From the IMG/VR virus record IMGVR_UViG_3300017963_000205: a stretch of 64,000 nucleotides of DNA; one strand, 5' to 3'. The position numbers and the translations under genes were made by a program. Source of the stretch: an uncultured virus (IMG/VR IMGVR_UViG_3300017963_000205) (taxonomy: Duplodnaviria > Heunggongvirae > Uroviricota > Caudoviricetes). A model generated the notes under the pieces. The model did not search any database, was not told the DNA's origin, and saw only the letters and a list, made by a program, of their open reading frames with translations. Positions 1-10,357 of the stretch are shown here, one piece after another; the stretch's first letter is position 1; each line of letters begins with the position of its first letter.

Positions 1-1
1 A

Positions 2-706
2 CCCAGCTCTTCGTCGTCGCTCTCCTCGTCGTCCACCTCGTCGGCTTCTGGCCTGCCGGATTATTACTGTGAGGACTTTGAGGATGGGCAGGCTGAGGAG
101 CTGACCGTGGAGAAGGGAGCCTTCTCCATTGAGGACACAGACAGAACCAAGCGGTATCTGAGCAACGCCGGAGACCTGTTCGACCAGTTCTCGATTGACC
201 GCTTCCGAAGCCTGCTCGTGGACGATGCGCCCACATTCAATCTCATAGTACGGCCTCTTTCGGCCTCGTTGGGCGAGGGGCACGTGATTTACGGCTTCCA
301 GAACGAGGACGCCTTTTACTTCGCAGGCGTGACGCTGCGCCCCTCGTCGGCGTACCCGAACGGGAGGATCTTCATCGGGAGAAAGACTGCGGGAGGCGGG
401 GCGTGGCCAAGCGGCCTGGGGCTGGGCTACGTCTTTGACATCAGCTACGATCCGGGCGTCGCCCTTGAAATCACGGATTACGAGTTCACGGTCCGCCCTT
501 TCAAGGTTGGCGGATTTTACTTCACTGAGCTTCTGGTTGAGTGGGACGGCGGATCGGTCAGTGACGTTTTCGTACACGCTACGACCATACCAGATGGCTT
601 TGCAGGACTTGGAGTTGTAGGATCAGAGACGGAGTTCGACGACTTCGGGATCAACTGTCCGTTGTTCCCGTCCAGCTCGTCTTCGTCTTCGTCTTCGGGC
701 CCATAA
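2..706 (+). CDS. Virion structural protein, 5'-partial, with poly-Ser tracts
   Basis: Frame is open from base 2 (PSSSSSLSSSSTSSASG...), in frame with ORF 107..706; ends [13 protein letters not shown]. Confidence 0.6.
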   Translation, partial: PSSSSSLSSSSTSSASGLPDYYCEDFEDGQAEELTVEKGAFSIEDTDRTKRYLSNAGDLFDQFSIDRFRSLLVDDAPTFNLIVRPLSASLGEGHVIYGFQNEDAFYFAGVTLRPSSAYPNGRIFIGRKTAGGGAWPSGLGLGYVFDISYDPGVALEITDYEFTVRPFKVGGFYFTELLVEWDGGSVSDVFVHATTIPDGFAGLGVVGSETEFDDFGINCPLFPSSSSSSSSSGP

Positions 707-723
707 TAGGAATCGATTCCGAA

Positions 724-1500
724 ATGTCTGGTCCGCTGCTTAACACCGAATGGCGCAACAACAACGAAAGGGTCAATTACCCCTTCGCTGATTACGCCAC
801 GTTGGTCAACAGCAGTGGTGCCGCCGTGGACCAAGACCTGTTTGACGACGCGCGCATCTACCCGATCGGGGGGACGGGCGGCCTCTATTTGGGAAAGATC
901 AGCGTGGAGGGGACGGAGCTGACCTTTCACATCTACGACCCGTCGCTCGGGGAGGTGGCCACCGGAGCCTTCGACTTTGGCTCGCCGCCTTCGGAGGTGG
1001 CGCTCTACGACGCGTACAGCCGCCCGGCGGGAATCCTTGTCAGCGACGCCAACCGTCTTGGCGCGCTCAACGGGATTTACGGTGAAGGCAGTGTGGAGTT
1101 CGAGCAGGAGCAGACGGAGTTTGTTGCCTCCGTGGCCATACCGCTGCCTGATCCGGGCGTGCGTGGCCTGCTGCTGGATGACGGCAACATTGTTAGTGGC
1201 GACATCTGGTTGGTCGGCGAGGACGGCGTGGTGCTTCGCATGGAGGATGGCGCCATACGGATGGACGTGATTGGCGACCCATACGTACAGGAAAAGGATT
1301 GCGAAGAGGAAGGATCGCCCCTGCCGCAGTTCTGCGGCCTGAAGAGCATCAACCAGATCACACCGAACGACATAGGTGATTTCACGCTCAGAACGGGCGG
1401 CAACCTTGCAGAGGACCCCGTGGTGCGGGTTGTTCCGATTACGAACGGGGTCCGCGTTGAGATGGTCGGGATGAAAGGCGGTATAGACCAGGATGCCTGA
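724..1500 (+). CDS. Putative tail/baseplate structural protein
   Basis: Acidic, Gly-rich 258 aa; N-terminal N..xNYPF motif resembles next gene; tight operon. Confidence 0.55.
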   Translation: MSGPLLNTEWRNNNERVNYPFADYATLVNSSGAAVDQDLFDDARIYPIGGTGGLYLGKISVEGTELTFHIYDPSLGEVATGAFDFGSPPSEVALYDAYSRPAGILVSDANRLGALNGIYGEGSVEFEQEQTEFVASVAIPLPDPGVRGLLLDDGNIVSGDIWLVGEDGVVLRMEDGAIRMDVIGDPYVQEKDCEEEGSPLPQFCGLKSINQITPNDIGDFTLRTGGNLAEDPVVRVVPITNGVRVEMVGMKGGIDQDA

Positions 1501-2401
1501 GTACGGCTTCTACGACCATAATGACAACATTGCCTATCCGCTGGTGACGGATGGGGATCTGTCCCTGTCGGGCGGCGGCGTGCTGCCCAAGCGTGGGATG
1601 GTGGATGCCGGCTTCATGTTGGGCCTGGACAGCCAGTTTGTACCAGCAACCCATAACGTGACGCTGTACTCCGTGACACGCTCCGGGTCCACCCTGTTCT
1701 TCGACTTTCGATCCGACGCGCCGGGGCTATCAGGGTATCGGTGGCTCTTCGAGACGCCCATAAGCGCCGAGAGTGGCTGCATTATTGAGGTGGACGCCAC
1801 GCCGGTGCCGTCGGGAAGCGCAGACAGCGGGCGCGGTAGTGGCTTTCTGGTTATCGGGGATCTGTCCGAATTGGTGGCTCTCGGCGGCGGCGTACACCAG
1901 CTTTCCGACCCGCCGGCTGTCGAGCCCGCCCTTCTGCAGTCGCTGGTGAACACCTTCACGCGCTCCTTCAACGTTGCCAATCAGGCGCGGCGCTGTCCGC
2001 CCATTTGCGACGAGGACCCGCCGTCCCCCTCGGCGCCAACCACATTCGCCGTGATCCAGAACCTTTCGGGCATCTTGGAATTCAAAGAGGGGTACAACAC
2101 GCGTATACTGGTCGACGGCGACACCATCGAGATGGGGGCCGTACTTGGCGCTGGAGCCGGCCGGACCTGTGAGGACATCATCATTGACGAGGGTGGCATG
2201 CACATCGACGAGGAGTGTACGCCCTGTGATGACTACATACGGTCGGTCAACGGACGGGAGATCGCAGACGGCAAGCTGCTCGTGGTGGGTGGCCCGGGCG
2301 TAACCGTGGAAAACGACCCGGCCAACAACCGGGTCACGGTGACCTTGGAAACGAACCGCCACTGTCTGGAGCAGGCTTCGTCGTCGTCTTCATCAGCATG
2401 A
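1493..2401 (+). CDS. Putative tail/baseplate structural protein with C-terminal poly-Ser
   Basis: N..IAYPL motif, C..SVNG segment similar to upstream gene, ends QASSSSSSA. Confidence 0.55.
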   Translation: MPEYGFYDHNDNIAYPLVTDGDLSLSGGGVLPKRGMVDAGFMLGLDSQFVPATHNVTLYSVTRSGSTLFFDFRSDAPGLSGYRWLFETPISAESGCIIEVDATPVPSGSADSGRGSGFLVIGDLSELVALGGGVHQLSDPPAVEPALLQSLVNTFTRSFNVANQARRCPPICDEDPPSPSAPTTFAVIQNLSGILEFKEGYNTRILVDGDTIEMGAVLGAGAGRTCEDIIIDEGGMHIDEECTPCDDYIRSVNGREIADGKLLVVGGPGVTVENDPANNRVTVTLETNRHCLEQASSSSSSA

Positions 2402-2409
2402 GGTGAACT

Positions 2410-4233
2410 GTGGCAAGGGCGTTTCCGCCAAGACCAGAGTGCCCGGATATCCCCGATATCTCTGCGATCGAGGGGGAGCTGGTCAACATTTCGCAGGAGG
2501 TCAGCGATCCGCCGCCGCCCGCCTACCAATTCCCGGCGTTTGAATTACCCATGCCCAACCCGCCGGCTTCGACGTTTGGGTGCTATGGCATCTCGGCGCA
2601 GACGAGCCTGAACGCGGACTCCAGCGGCAGCCCGATCTCGTCCAGTTCGATCGACCCATACTTCGAAGCCTTCATTCGCTACCCAAGCTCCTCAGAGACG
2701 GGCGTCTGCCAGCCGGTCTTCGATTTCAAGGTGAACATCCCGCCCTGTGCGGCCATCTCACTGGGCGGCCAGGTGTCGATGAGCCAGAACATCTCGACGC
2801 CCGAGATGTCTGTCTCCGGCGGACGGGACCCCAATTCACCGTGTGCCTCGATCTTTGACTTTGAGTTCCGGCTGCCCTGCAACACGGTCAACGTGAGTGC
2901 GCTGGTCTCCATCGTTCCGTCACTCGTCGATCCTGAATGGAATGTAACAAGTTCCACCGGTTCGGGCGTTTGTGTTACGGACTTCACGCTGGATCTGCGG
3001 TTGCCCGAGTTTGGCGAGGACGACGTCTGTCAGGCCCGAATGGCGTCAACGGGAAACCTCGCGCGCAACGGCATTCAAACCATCGACGGCGTGGCAGGCG
3101 CTGATGGCGATGTTGTTCTGCTCAAGGATCAGACCGTACCGCGCACCAATGGGGCCTACATCATGCGTTCGGGCTTCTGGGAGCGGACCTGTGAGATGCG
3201 AGGCGGGATCATCGTCACGGTGCGGGAAGGCGACGAGAACGGCGCAACGGCGTGGATGCTGACCACCAACGACCCGATCATCGTCAACACCACGCCTCTG
3301 GATTTCGAGCTGATCAGCGGGGCGGCGTGCTGCTGCTACGCGCGCGCGGCTACGACGGACGACATTACGCTCAGCGGCACACAAACGATCGACGGCATCT
3401 CGCTGTCGGCCGATGAGATCTGTCTGGTCAAGAATCAGGCCACGGCCTCCGAGAATGGGCCTTACTTCGTCAAGAGCGGGGCGTGGGAGCGAACCTGTGA
3501 AATCGCGTCAGGCATGACCGTGTCCGTTCGGGAGGGCCAGGCAAACGAACTGACGACGTGGGTGCTCAAGACAAATGACCCAATCGTTGTGGACACAACG
3601 AACCTGTCGTTCGAGAAGCTCAGAGCGCCTGGAAACGCCACGGTCAGACTGTCCAGCGGGTCCAATGTCACTCTTAGCGGGCTGCAAACGATCGACGGTG
3701 TTGCGGGCTCTGACGGCGACAGGATCTTGTTGACCGGGCAATCATCGGCCTCCGAGAACGGCATCTACGTCATGCGCTCTGGTAGCTGGGAGAGAGCTGA
3801 GGCCGAATGGGGGATCGTGGAGGGCATGTTGGTTTCCGTGCGCTCAGGCGGGACATTGTCGGGAACGGTCTGGGTTCTCACGACTTCCGAGCCCATCACG
3901 GTGGGCTCGACGAATCTCACCTTCGTGCAGATCACGGGAGCGCAGGCGTTTTATACGGTAAAGGCCGCCTCCACGACCAACACGACCTTGTCTGGCGCGC
4001 GCACGCTCGACGGCATCAGCTGCACCAACGGGGACATCGTTTTGGTCAAGGAACAGTCGACGGCCAGCGAGAATGGCATCTATGAGGTGAAGCCGGGAGC
4101 CTGGACGAAGCTCGCTCCGGCGGGCGCCCAAATCCTTGCTGCCGTCCTGAACGGAACCATAAACGGGCGCACGTTCTGGATGGTCGAGAGCGACCTGACC
4201 ACTTGGAACGGCATGGGTACCTTCGTTCTGTAG
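2410..4233 (+). CDS. Tail fibre-like protein with four internal repeats
   Basis: Four copies of an A-T/S..N.TLSG.QTIDG..GD.VL.K.Q..ASENG.Y....G.W-type repeat seen in phage fibre proteins. Confidence 0.7.
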   Translation: MARAFPPRPECPDIPDISAIEGELVNISQEVSDPPPPAYQFPAFELPMPNPPASTFGCYGISAQTSLNADSSGSPISSSSIDPYFEAFIRYPSSSETGVCQPVFDFKVNIPPCAAISLGGQVSMSQNISTPEMSVSGGRDPNSPCASIFDFEFRLPCNTVNVSALVSIVPSLVDPEWNVTSSTGSGVCVTDFTLDLRLPEFGEDDVCQARMASTGNLARNGIQTIDGVAGADGDVVLLKDQTVPRTNGAYIMRSGFWERTCEMRGGIIVTVREGDENGATAWMLTTNDPIIVNTTPLDFELISGAACCCYARAATTDDITLSGTQTIDGISLSADEICLVKNQATASENGPYFVKSGAWERTCEIASGMTVSVREGQANELTTWVLKTNDPIVVDTTNLSFEKLRAPGNATVRLSSGSNVTLSGLQTIDGVAGSDGDRILLTGQSSASENGIYVMRSGSWERAEAEWGIVEGMLVSVRSGGTLSGTVWVLTTSEPITVGSTNLTFVQITGAQAFYTVKAASTTNTTLSGARTLDGISCTNGDIVLVKEQSTASENGIYEVKPGAWTKLAPAGAQILAAVLNGTINGRTFWMVESDLTTWNGMGTFVL

Positions 4234-4241
4234 GAGCCAAA

Positions 4242-5945
4242 ATGAGTTCGAGTTCAAGTTCAAGTTCGAGTTCGGGGCCTTATGGCGTTGAAATCATCAC
4301 GTGGAACCCGCGTGTGGGGGACGCGGGCGATGATCGGTATCGCTGGAACCCGCGCTACCCCCTATTGGCCGGAGAGGACCTAAGACAAGGCGTTTCGGCT
4401 GACGGCATCGACCCGCCCGCTATCCGGCCCTGCGTCATCGATGTAAACAACAATTGGGGCCTTAATCAGATCATCTCTGAGATCAACAGACGCTTGCAGA
4501 TTTGGGTATCCATTGGATCTTTGGGCGATGACCCCCAACAACGCCGGACAAACGGAGAATGGATTGAGGCGCTTTCGCACGCGTATGCGCCCGAGCGCTG
4601 GATACTGCCTTCAGGGGGCAGCACCTTTCGTCGTGGCTTGGGGCCGGCAGGGGGCGGTTCTCCGCTACATGTGGATTGGGAAGCGATAGGCGGATTGGCT
4701 TACAAAGTCTCCACAGAGGGCGGAAACTGGCTGGAGCGCTCCGACGCGCGTGCGGTGGTTGCCAGCCTAATAAACGCCTTGAAGGAGGAGATCTGGCAGA
4801 TTGAGGCAACGGAAGGAATCCGCCCCCATTTTGCTTTTACGCGCCCTGTTCGGGGGGCGGCACCAACTTACCCGGTGCTGACGGGCACCTCAGCGGACGA
4901 CCTGAACTTGGAGCAGGAATACTTCGAGATGCGCAAGGCGCTGGCAACAGACCACGTGCGCCTATACTGCTGGCAGCAGGACTCTATCTCGTACGGGTGG
5001 AACAGCGCCAATTACGGGAAGTCTGTGTATCAGGCCGGAACCTACCCCGCGCCGCATCCTCCTCCGCCCTGGATTCTCAGAGACCCATGGCGGCCTGGCG
5101 GTAATGAAGGAATGCATTTACCGGGGAGCTTTGGGCGCTACATTGGGCAAAAGGTACGAACGCTCTCGCCGTCTCCCGGCGTGGCGGCAAACAACTATGA
5201 AGCATCCGCCTACAGAGCGCAGGTCGGTTTTCAGCTTCCTTGTCTGCCGGGAATCCCATCGGCTGCCGTAGCCAAGATTCTTTACTCGCACGACAAATAC
5301 CTTATTGAGGGCGCAAACGCCTTTTTCGGCGATGCAAATACGACCGGCACGCCCTCTGGCAACATTATCGTAGCACGGCATCCCGCGTACGCGGTTCGCG
5401 CAGCGCACCTGGTAACTGATCGTCGGGTAACCTTCCCGCCCTTCTATGCGGTAGGGGATTACCCGCTGTACGCCGTGGCCAAATCGTGGCAGGAAGGCAG
5501 GGAAAACAGCACAAAGATTGGGGAGTTCTCCACGAGCGTCATTCCGCAAGGAACGCGCGCCTTCGTTGAGGTCACACTGGACGGGCCTGAGTATTTCTGG
5601 TCCTGCGAAGACGTAATGCTCAGTTTCCTTGTCGAGAACGATTGGAATGGCGTGTGGCCGGCGGGGGTTTCGCCCCTGCCTGCAGGCTACAACGATTGGT
5701 CTGAAGCTGAATGGTATGCCGCTTGGTACGGCCTTAATGGCGAGCTTTCGGGGGACGGGACGTTCGAAGTTGCATGGGACGGCATGGCTTATGACCTTTC
5801 CCCGGTCTCACCGAGCTTCAGAACGAGCGGACTTGAGCGTTCGTGTCTTAAGCTGTATTTTGATGAGATCGGCTCCTCCAGCTCCTCCTGCGATCCTTAT
5901 CAGGAACATCCTCGTGTTGGTGGAAGTAGCTCTTCTGCGCGCTAG
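4242..5945 (+). CDS. Hypothetical (likely virion) protein with Ser tracts at both ends
   Basis: AGGAG RBS before ATG 4242; begins [13 protein letters not shown], ends GSSSSSC...GGSSSSAR. Confidence 0.55.
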   Translation: MSSSSSSSSSSGPYGVEIITWNPRVGDAGDDRYRWNPRYPLLAGEDLRQGVSADGIDPPAIRPCVIDVNNNWGLNQIISEINRRLQIWVSIGSLGDDPQQRRTNGEWIEALSHAYAPERWILPSGGSTFRRGLGPAGGGSPLHVDWEAIGGLAYKVSTEGGNWLERSDARAVVASLINALKEEIWQIEATEGIRPHFAFTRPVRGAAPTYPVLTGTSADDLNLEQEYFEMRKALATDHVRLYCWQQDSISYGWNSANYGKSVYQAGTYPAPHPPPPWILRDPWRPGGNEGMHLPGSFGRYIGQKVRTLSPSPGVAANNYEASAYRAQVGFQLPCLPGIPSAAVAKILYSHDKYLIEGANAFFGDANTTGTPSGNIIVARHPAYAVRAAHLVTDRRVTFPPFYAVGDYPLYAVAKSWQEGRENSTKIGEFSTSVIPQGTRAFVEVTLDGPEYFWSCEDVMLSFLVENDWNGVWPAGVSPLPAGYNDWSEAEWYAAWYGLNGELSGDGTFEVAWDGMAYDLSPVSPSFRTSGLERSCLKLYFDEIGSSSSSCDPYQEHPRVGGSSSSAR

Positions 5946-5949
5946 TTTC

Positions 5950-5978
5950 TTGACACGCATCGATCCCACTAATATAGT
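5950..5978 (+). promoter_or_regulatory. Sigma70-type promoter for the glycosyltransferase operon
   Basis: TTGACA-N17-TATAGT, 24 nt before ATG 6003. Confidence 0.7.
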
Positions 5979-6002
5979 TGTGCAGAACTCTGGAGAAACC
6001 AC

Positions 6003-7982
6003 ATGCACATTTTCGTTATGGGAATTCCCCACACCAAAACCACGACCGAGTTCACGACCTGCGCCTACACGATGAAAGTGTGGAACCTCTGCCGCATGAT
6101 GAAGAGCAGAGGCCATCACGTCATTCACGTGGGCACCGAAGGGTCCAACCCGGACTGCGACAAGCGCCTCGAAATCGTACCGGCCGAAATGCAGGAGCGC
6201 CTTTATGGCCACCCAGGCAGCGGCTACTACAACATGGACACCACCGGCAAATACCAGGTGCTCCACGACATGTACGCGCGTGAGGGCGAGCGCGCCATCA
6301 AGGCGTACTGCGAGAAGAAGAAGATTCCCGATCACCACGCCATCATCTGCGCGACCTGGGGCGGCACGCAGGCCCTGGCCACGAGGAACGTTCCGCAGCT
6401 GACCGTCGAGAGCGGAATCGGCTATCATCACACCTTCTCCCCGTACAGGGTCTTCGAGTCCTACGCGTGGCTCCATTTCCACTGGGGCAAGGAAAACAAG
6501 CATCAGGGCGACAGCTGGTACGACGTAGTGATCCCCAACGCCTTCGATCCCGAGATGTTCCCCTACTCCCCGAAGAACAAGCGGGGTGACCGTTTCCTCT
6601 ACATCGGTCGCCTCAACGACGACAAGGGCGTGGGCATCGCCATCGACGTGACCAAGCGCATCGGCGCGCGGCTGCTTCTGGTCGGGCCCACGGACGAACG
6701 AGGGCCGGAACGCTTTCTGATTGGCAACCCCCATGTCGAGTACAAACCCCCGGTTGGCGTCCAGGAGCGCATCGGGATCATGGGCTCCTGCAAGGCCGCG
6801 TTCGTGCCCTCCCGCTATCTGGAGCCGTTTGGCGGGGTCAACGTGGAGCTTCAGATGACCGGGTGCCCGGTGATCACCACGGATTGGGGCGCCTACACGG
6901 AGACGGTGCTCCATGGCGTGACGGGCTACCGCTGCCGCACGCTGGAGCAGTTCGTATGGGCTGCCGGCAACATCGACAACATCGACAATGAGGACTGCCA
7001 TAAGTGGGCTGTGAAGAACTACTCGCTTGAGCGCATCGCGCCGATGTACGAGGAGTTCTTCCAGATGATCCTGAACCTGCGAGGTGTGGGCTGGCCAATC
7101 GAACACCCCAAGCGCCCGCACCTGAACTGGCTTCACAAGACCTACCCGAAAGGCGCGACGACGAAGGAGCCCGAGTTTCCCGAGCACGTGGCTCCCGAGA
7201 TCAAGTCGGGTTGGGAGGAGGCCATTGAGTGGGAGGCCGGCTGGTGGGGCAAGGAGCACGGCCCGCACTGGGACGAAGAGATCAAGAAGCAGAAGACCTA
7301 CGCTCGGCTCATGGAGCTGCCGGCTGATCTGGACATGAGCGGGAAGGCCATTCTCGACGTTGGGTGCGGCCCCGCTTCAATGCTGCTCCGCGCCAAGTTC
7401 GACGAGGCCGTCGGCGTCGATCCGCTGCCCATGTCGAAGAAGGTGAAGCAGCAGTACAAGGACGCCGGCATTCGGCTGTTCAACTCCAAGGCCGAAGACA
7501 TGTTCGACGGTCGGATGAAAGGCATGCGCGGGATCGTCTTTGATGAAGTCTGGATCTACAACTGCCTGCAACACGTCGACAATCCCCAGAAGATCCTGTC
7601 CAAGATCAAGCTGGCCACGGTGAAGCCCGGCGCGTGCGTGCGCCTGTTCGAGTGGATCGATCTGGGTGTTTGCCCGGGCCACCCGCACAACCTCACCGAG
7701 AAGATGTTCCTTGAAGCCTTCCCCGAGGAGTATTGGACCCGCCACGTATGGAACACCGGAACGCTGCGGGGCTTTGGCGGCACCGTGACCAACAAGTACC
7801 TCGCTCTGCACATCGAACGGAAGTACGACATCGGCAAGGACATGGCCAAGAGCGCCGAGAAGATCATCAAGATGGTCAAGGACAACAAGGATGAAGAACC
7901 GAGCGTGGATTCTGACGGAGGTAAAGCCGAAGGTGATGGAGGCGAGAAAGAAACGCCTCCAGAAGCTGTGCAGAGTGATTGA
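6003..7982 (+). CDS. GT4-family glycosyltransferase fused to class I SAM methyltransferase
   Basis: GRLNDDKG and EPFGGVNVELQMTGCPVITTDWGAYTE GT-B motifs; C-terminal ILDVGCGP...NCLQHVDNP. Confidence 0.85.
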   Translation: MHIFVMGIPHTKTTTEFTTCAYTMKVWNLCRMMKSRGHHVIHVGTEGSNPDCDKRLEIVPAEMQERLYGHPGSGYYNMDTTGKYQVLHDMYAREGERAIKAYCEKKKIPDHHAIICATWGGTQALATRNVPQLTVESGIGYHHTFSPYRVFESYAWLHFHWGKENKHQGDSWYDVVIPNAFDPEMFPYSPKNKRGDRFLYIGRLNDDKGVGIAIDVTKRIGARLLLVGPTDERGPERFLIGNPHVEYKPPVGVQERIGIMGSCKAAFVPSRYLEPFGGVNVELQMTGCPVITTDWGAYTETVLHGVTGYRCRTLEQFVWAAGNIDNIDNEDCHKWAVKNYSLERIAPMYEEFFQMILNLRGVGWPIEHPKRPHLNWLHKTYPKGATTKEPEFPEHVAPEIKSGWEEAIEWEAGWWGKEHGPHWDEEIKKQKTYARLMELPADLDMSGKAILDVGCGPASMLLRAKFDEAVGVDPLPMSKKVKQQYKDAGIRLFNSKAEDMFDGRMKGMRGIVFDEVWIYNCLQHVDNPQKILSKIKLATVKPGACVRLFEWIDLGVCPGHPHNLTEKMFLEAFPEEYWTRHVWNTGTLRGFGGTVTNKYLALHIERKYDIGKDMAKSAEKIIKMVKDNKDEEPSVDSDGGKAEGDGGEKETPPEAVQSD

Positions 7983-8763
7983 AGCCTGCGGCTTCGAGGT
8001 TGCCGTTTTAGGGCGTGATGTCTGTGACGAGCACATGGTCAAGCGTGTGCTCGTCCAGCATCAGGGCGACCCGTGGCAGATCTCCTACTGCGATCGAACG
8101 CTTCGACACCTCGACAAGGCCAGAGAAGGTGATGTTATCGTGGCCACGGAGGAGTGGCACGCTGATATCTTCCGAGGCATCGACTTTCTGGCCTGGGACG
8201 GTGCCGCACCCGTCGTGGAAGCCTGGATCGACTACCAGAATCCTTTTACCTACTGGCGGTCATACAGCACGGAATACTGCCGCGCCTACACCTGCGGCAG
8301 GCAGGACGTGTGCGGGTGGACTCACAACTACTTCGTGACCTACCCGTTCATTGAGGAGCAGACCGTGGTGCCGTCGCTTGAGGTCTGCGAGATCATGGGC
8401 TGGGACGGCATCGATCTTCCCCACTGGAAGGCGTTGGAGTTCGGCATCCCTGTGCTCGCGCCCGCGTGGGGCACCTACCCTGAAACGCTTCAGCACGGCA
8501 AAAGTGGCGTCATGTATCAGACGCCGGAAGGCCGTGATGCGGCACGGCCCTACGCGGAACAGCTTCCCAGTGCGCTCGTGCGCAAGACAGCCAGCGAACA
8601 ATTTCCGTTCGAGCGCTCCGTCAAGGAATTGAAGCCATTCCTCGCAAGGGCTATCATGGACAGAACGCGATGGAAAGGGTTCTTAAAGAATGAAAGAACG
8701 GATCAAACTGCGAAACACGCAGAGCCCCGGGGACCTGATCGTCTTGACGGCAGCGATCCGTGA
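7891..8763 (+). CDS. Divergent GT-B glycosyltransferase-like protein (start uncertain, possibly 7936)
   Basis: KALEFGIPVLAPAWGTYPETLQHGKSG resembles the GT4 motif of the upstream gene. Confidence 0.6.
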   Translation: MKNRAWILTEVKPKVMEARKKRLQKLCRVIEACGFEVAVLGRDVCDEHMVKRVLVQHQGDPWQISYCDRTLRHLDKAREGDVIVATEEWHADIFRGIDFLAWDGAAPVVEAWIDYQNPFTYWRSYSTEYCRAYTCGRQDVCGWTHNYFVTYPFIEEQTVVPSLEVCEIMGWDGIDLPHWKALEFGIPVLAPAWGTYPETLQHGKSGVMYQTPEGRDAARPYAEQLPSALVRKTASEQFPFERSVKELKPFLARAIMDRTRWKGFLKNERTDQTAKHAEPRGPDRLDGSDP

Positions 8764-10357
8764 CATTTCCAAGCAATACCCCGGCCGTTTTCAGTTCTCC
8801 ATGGACACCAGTGAGAACCAGGTCTTCCAGCACAACCCCTACGTCGATCTGAACCGAAAGAGTCCCGGCCGGCAGGTCGTGGCCAAATACCACGTCGGCA
8901 AATACAACGTCCACAAGTCCAACCAGAATCGGGCCCACTTCATGTGGGGCATGCTGGCGGGCTTGAACCACACGATGGGTACGGGCGCCTACCTGACCGA
9001 CTTCCGGCCGGATCTGCATCTGTCGCAGAAGGAAGCCACCGAGCCCCTGATCACGCCGGACAAACCCTATTGGGTCTTTGTCAGCGGGGGCAAGCGGGAC
9101 TATACGGCCAAATGGTGGGACAAATGCTGGTGGCAGAAGGTTGTCAATGTGCTCTCCAAAGACGTGACCATGGTCCAGGTGGGCGGCGGCTCGCATATCC
9201 ACCCGCCCATGATAGGCGCCTACGACCTCGTGAAGAAAACCTCCTTCCGGCAGCTCCTGCAATTGATTTACCACTCCCAAGGGGTGATCTGCATCGTGAC
9301 GTGCCTGATGCACATCGCTGCGGCCTTCAACAAGCCCTGTGTGGTTATCGGTGGCGGACGGGAGCCTTGGTGGTGGGAAGCCTACAACAAGGAAAACCGG
9401 CTGGTGAACATGCGGCTGGGCCTTCCCGACTGGAACCCGCCTCCCGACGACAACTTCATCGAGCACCGCTACATTCACACGATCGGCCAGCTCGAATGTT
9501 GCCACAATCATGGGTGCTGGAAAAGCCGTATCGGCACGGCCGGGGATCTGTGTACCAACCAGGTGCGGCAGAACGGCGTCCAGCTTCCACGCTGCTTGCA
9601 GCTGATCACGCCCGAGATGGTCATCGAGAACTGGAAGTGGTATTTCGATCAGGGGATCTGCAAGCTGGGAGCCCCCATGACCGTGCAGGTCCCGAAGATG
9701 CCAGACGTGGCCGACGCGCAGCCCCTAGTGGATGAGCAGCCGGTAACCGTGGTCATCTACGTGGAGCCGGATGATGCCAAGGCGCCGTCCTATGCGAAGT
9801 TCATCGTGGAGAACACTCGCTACGCGAAGGCCAGTTTCATTGTGGCCGTCAACGGGGAGCATCCTCAGCTCCGGCAGTGGGCCCATGAGAACAACATCGT
9901 CTGCATTCAGGCTTCCAGTCGTCCGGGTAAGACCGTCATGGCGCACCGGGCGCTGAAGCTGGTCAAGCCGGGCAACTGGTTCGTGTGGATGAGCCGTCCC
10001 GCCCACCCGGCAGGCCCGGCGTGGGTCTGGGACATTCTCGATCAAATGAAAGCGCGCCGCGCCTCGCTGGGCGGGGCGATCTACCGGTCTCCCCTGAACG
10101 AGGCGCAGATCCAGTTGATTCAGACTGCCCCATTCTTCAAGAAGCGCCCCTTTGACACGCAGGCGCGTAACGGGGCTATACGGCAGACATTCCATCCCGG
10201 CAGGGGCTTTTTCGTAGCCTACGCGGACCAGCTCAACGACATGAAATGGCCTGATGTGAGGGTTCCCCCGGACCAGTTTTCGGTTACGCTGGGGGAGGCC
10301 GTTCGCCAGTATGGTGGGACGACGGTTGATCTTGCGGAGTGGATCAGATGTCTATGA
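8690..10357 (+). CDS. GT9/heptosyltransferase-like protein with C-terminal GT-A-like domain
   Basis: SPGDLIVLTAAIR, KWW..WQKVV, DLVKKTSFRQL, TCLMHIAAAFNKPCVVI, Cys cluster CC..GCW...C...CLQLITPEMV. Confidence 0.8.
   Translation: MKERIKLRNTQSPGDLIVLTAAIRDISKQYPGRFQFSMDTSENQVFQHNPYVDLNRKSPGRQVVAKYHVGKYNVHKSNQNRAHFMWGMLAGLNHTMGTGAYLTDFRPDLHLSQKEATEPLITPDKPYWVFVSGGKRDYTAKWWDKCWWQKVVNVLSKDVTMVQVGGGSHIHPPMIGAYDLVKKTSFRQLLQLIYHSQGVICIVTCLMHIAAAFNKPCVVIGGGREPWWWEAYNKENRLVNMRLGLPDWNPPPDDNFIEHRYIHTIGQLECCHNHGCWKSRIGTAGDLCTNQVRQNGVQLPRCLQLITPEMVIENWKWYFDQGICKLGAPMTVQVPKMPDVADAQPLVDEQPVTVVIYVEPDDAKAPSYAKFIVENTRYAKASFIVAVNGEHPQLRQWAHENNIVCIQASSRPGKTVMAHRALKLVKPGNWFVWMSRPAHPAGPAWVWDILDQMKARRASLGGAIYRSPLNEAQIQLIQTAPFFKKRPFDTQARNGAIRQTFHPGRGFFVAYADQLNDMKWPDVRVPPDQFSVTLGEAVRQYGGTTVDLAEWIRCL

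Noticed and set aside
4242..4274. AGTTCR hexamer microsatellite as a phase-variation tract
   Set aside because: The unit is a multiple of three and encodes poly-Ser, so slippage would not shift the frame
5808..7268. Long antisense ORFs (also 14864..16141, 17154..18926, 45747..47192, 62301..63539)
   Set aside because: Shadow frames of GC-rich genes with clear motifs on the opposite strand
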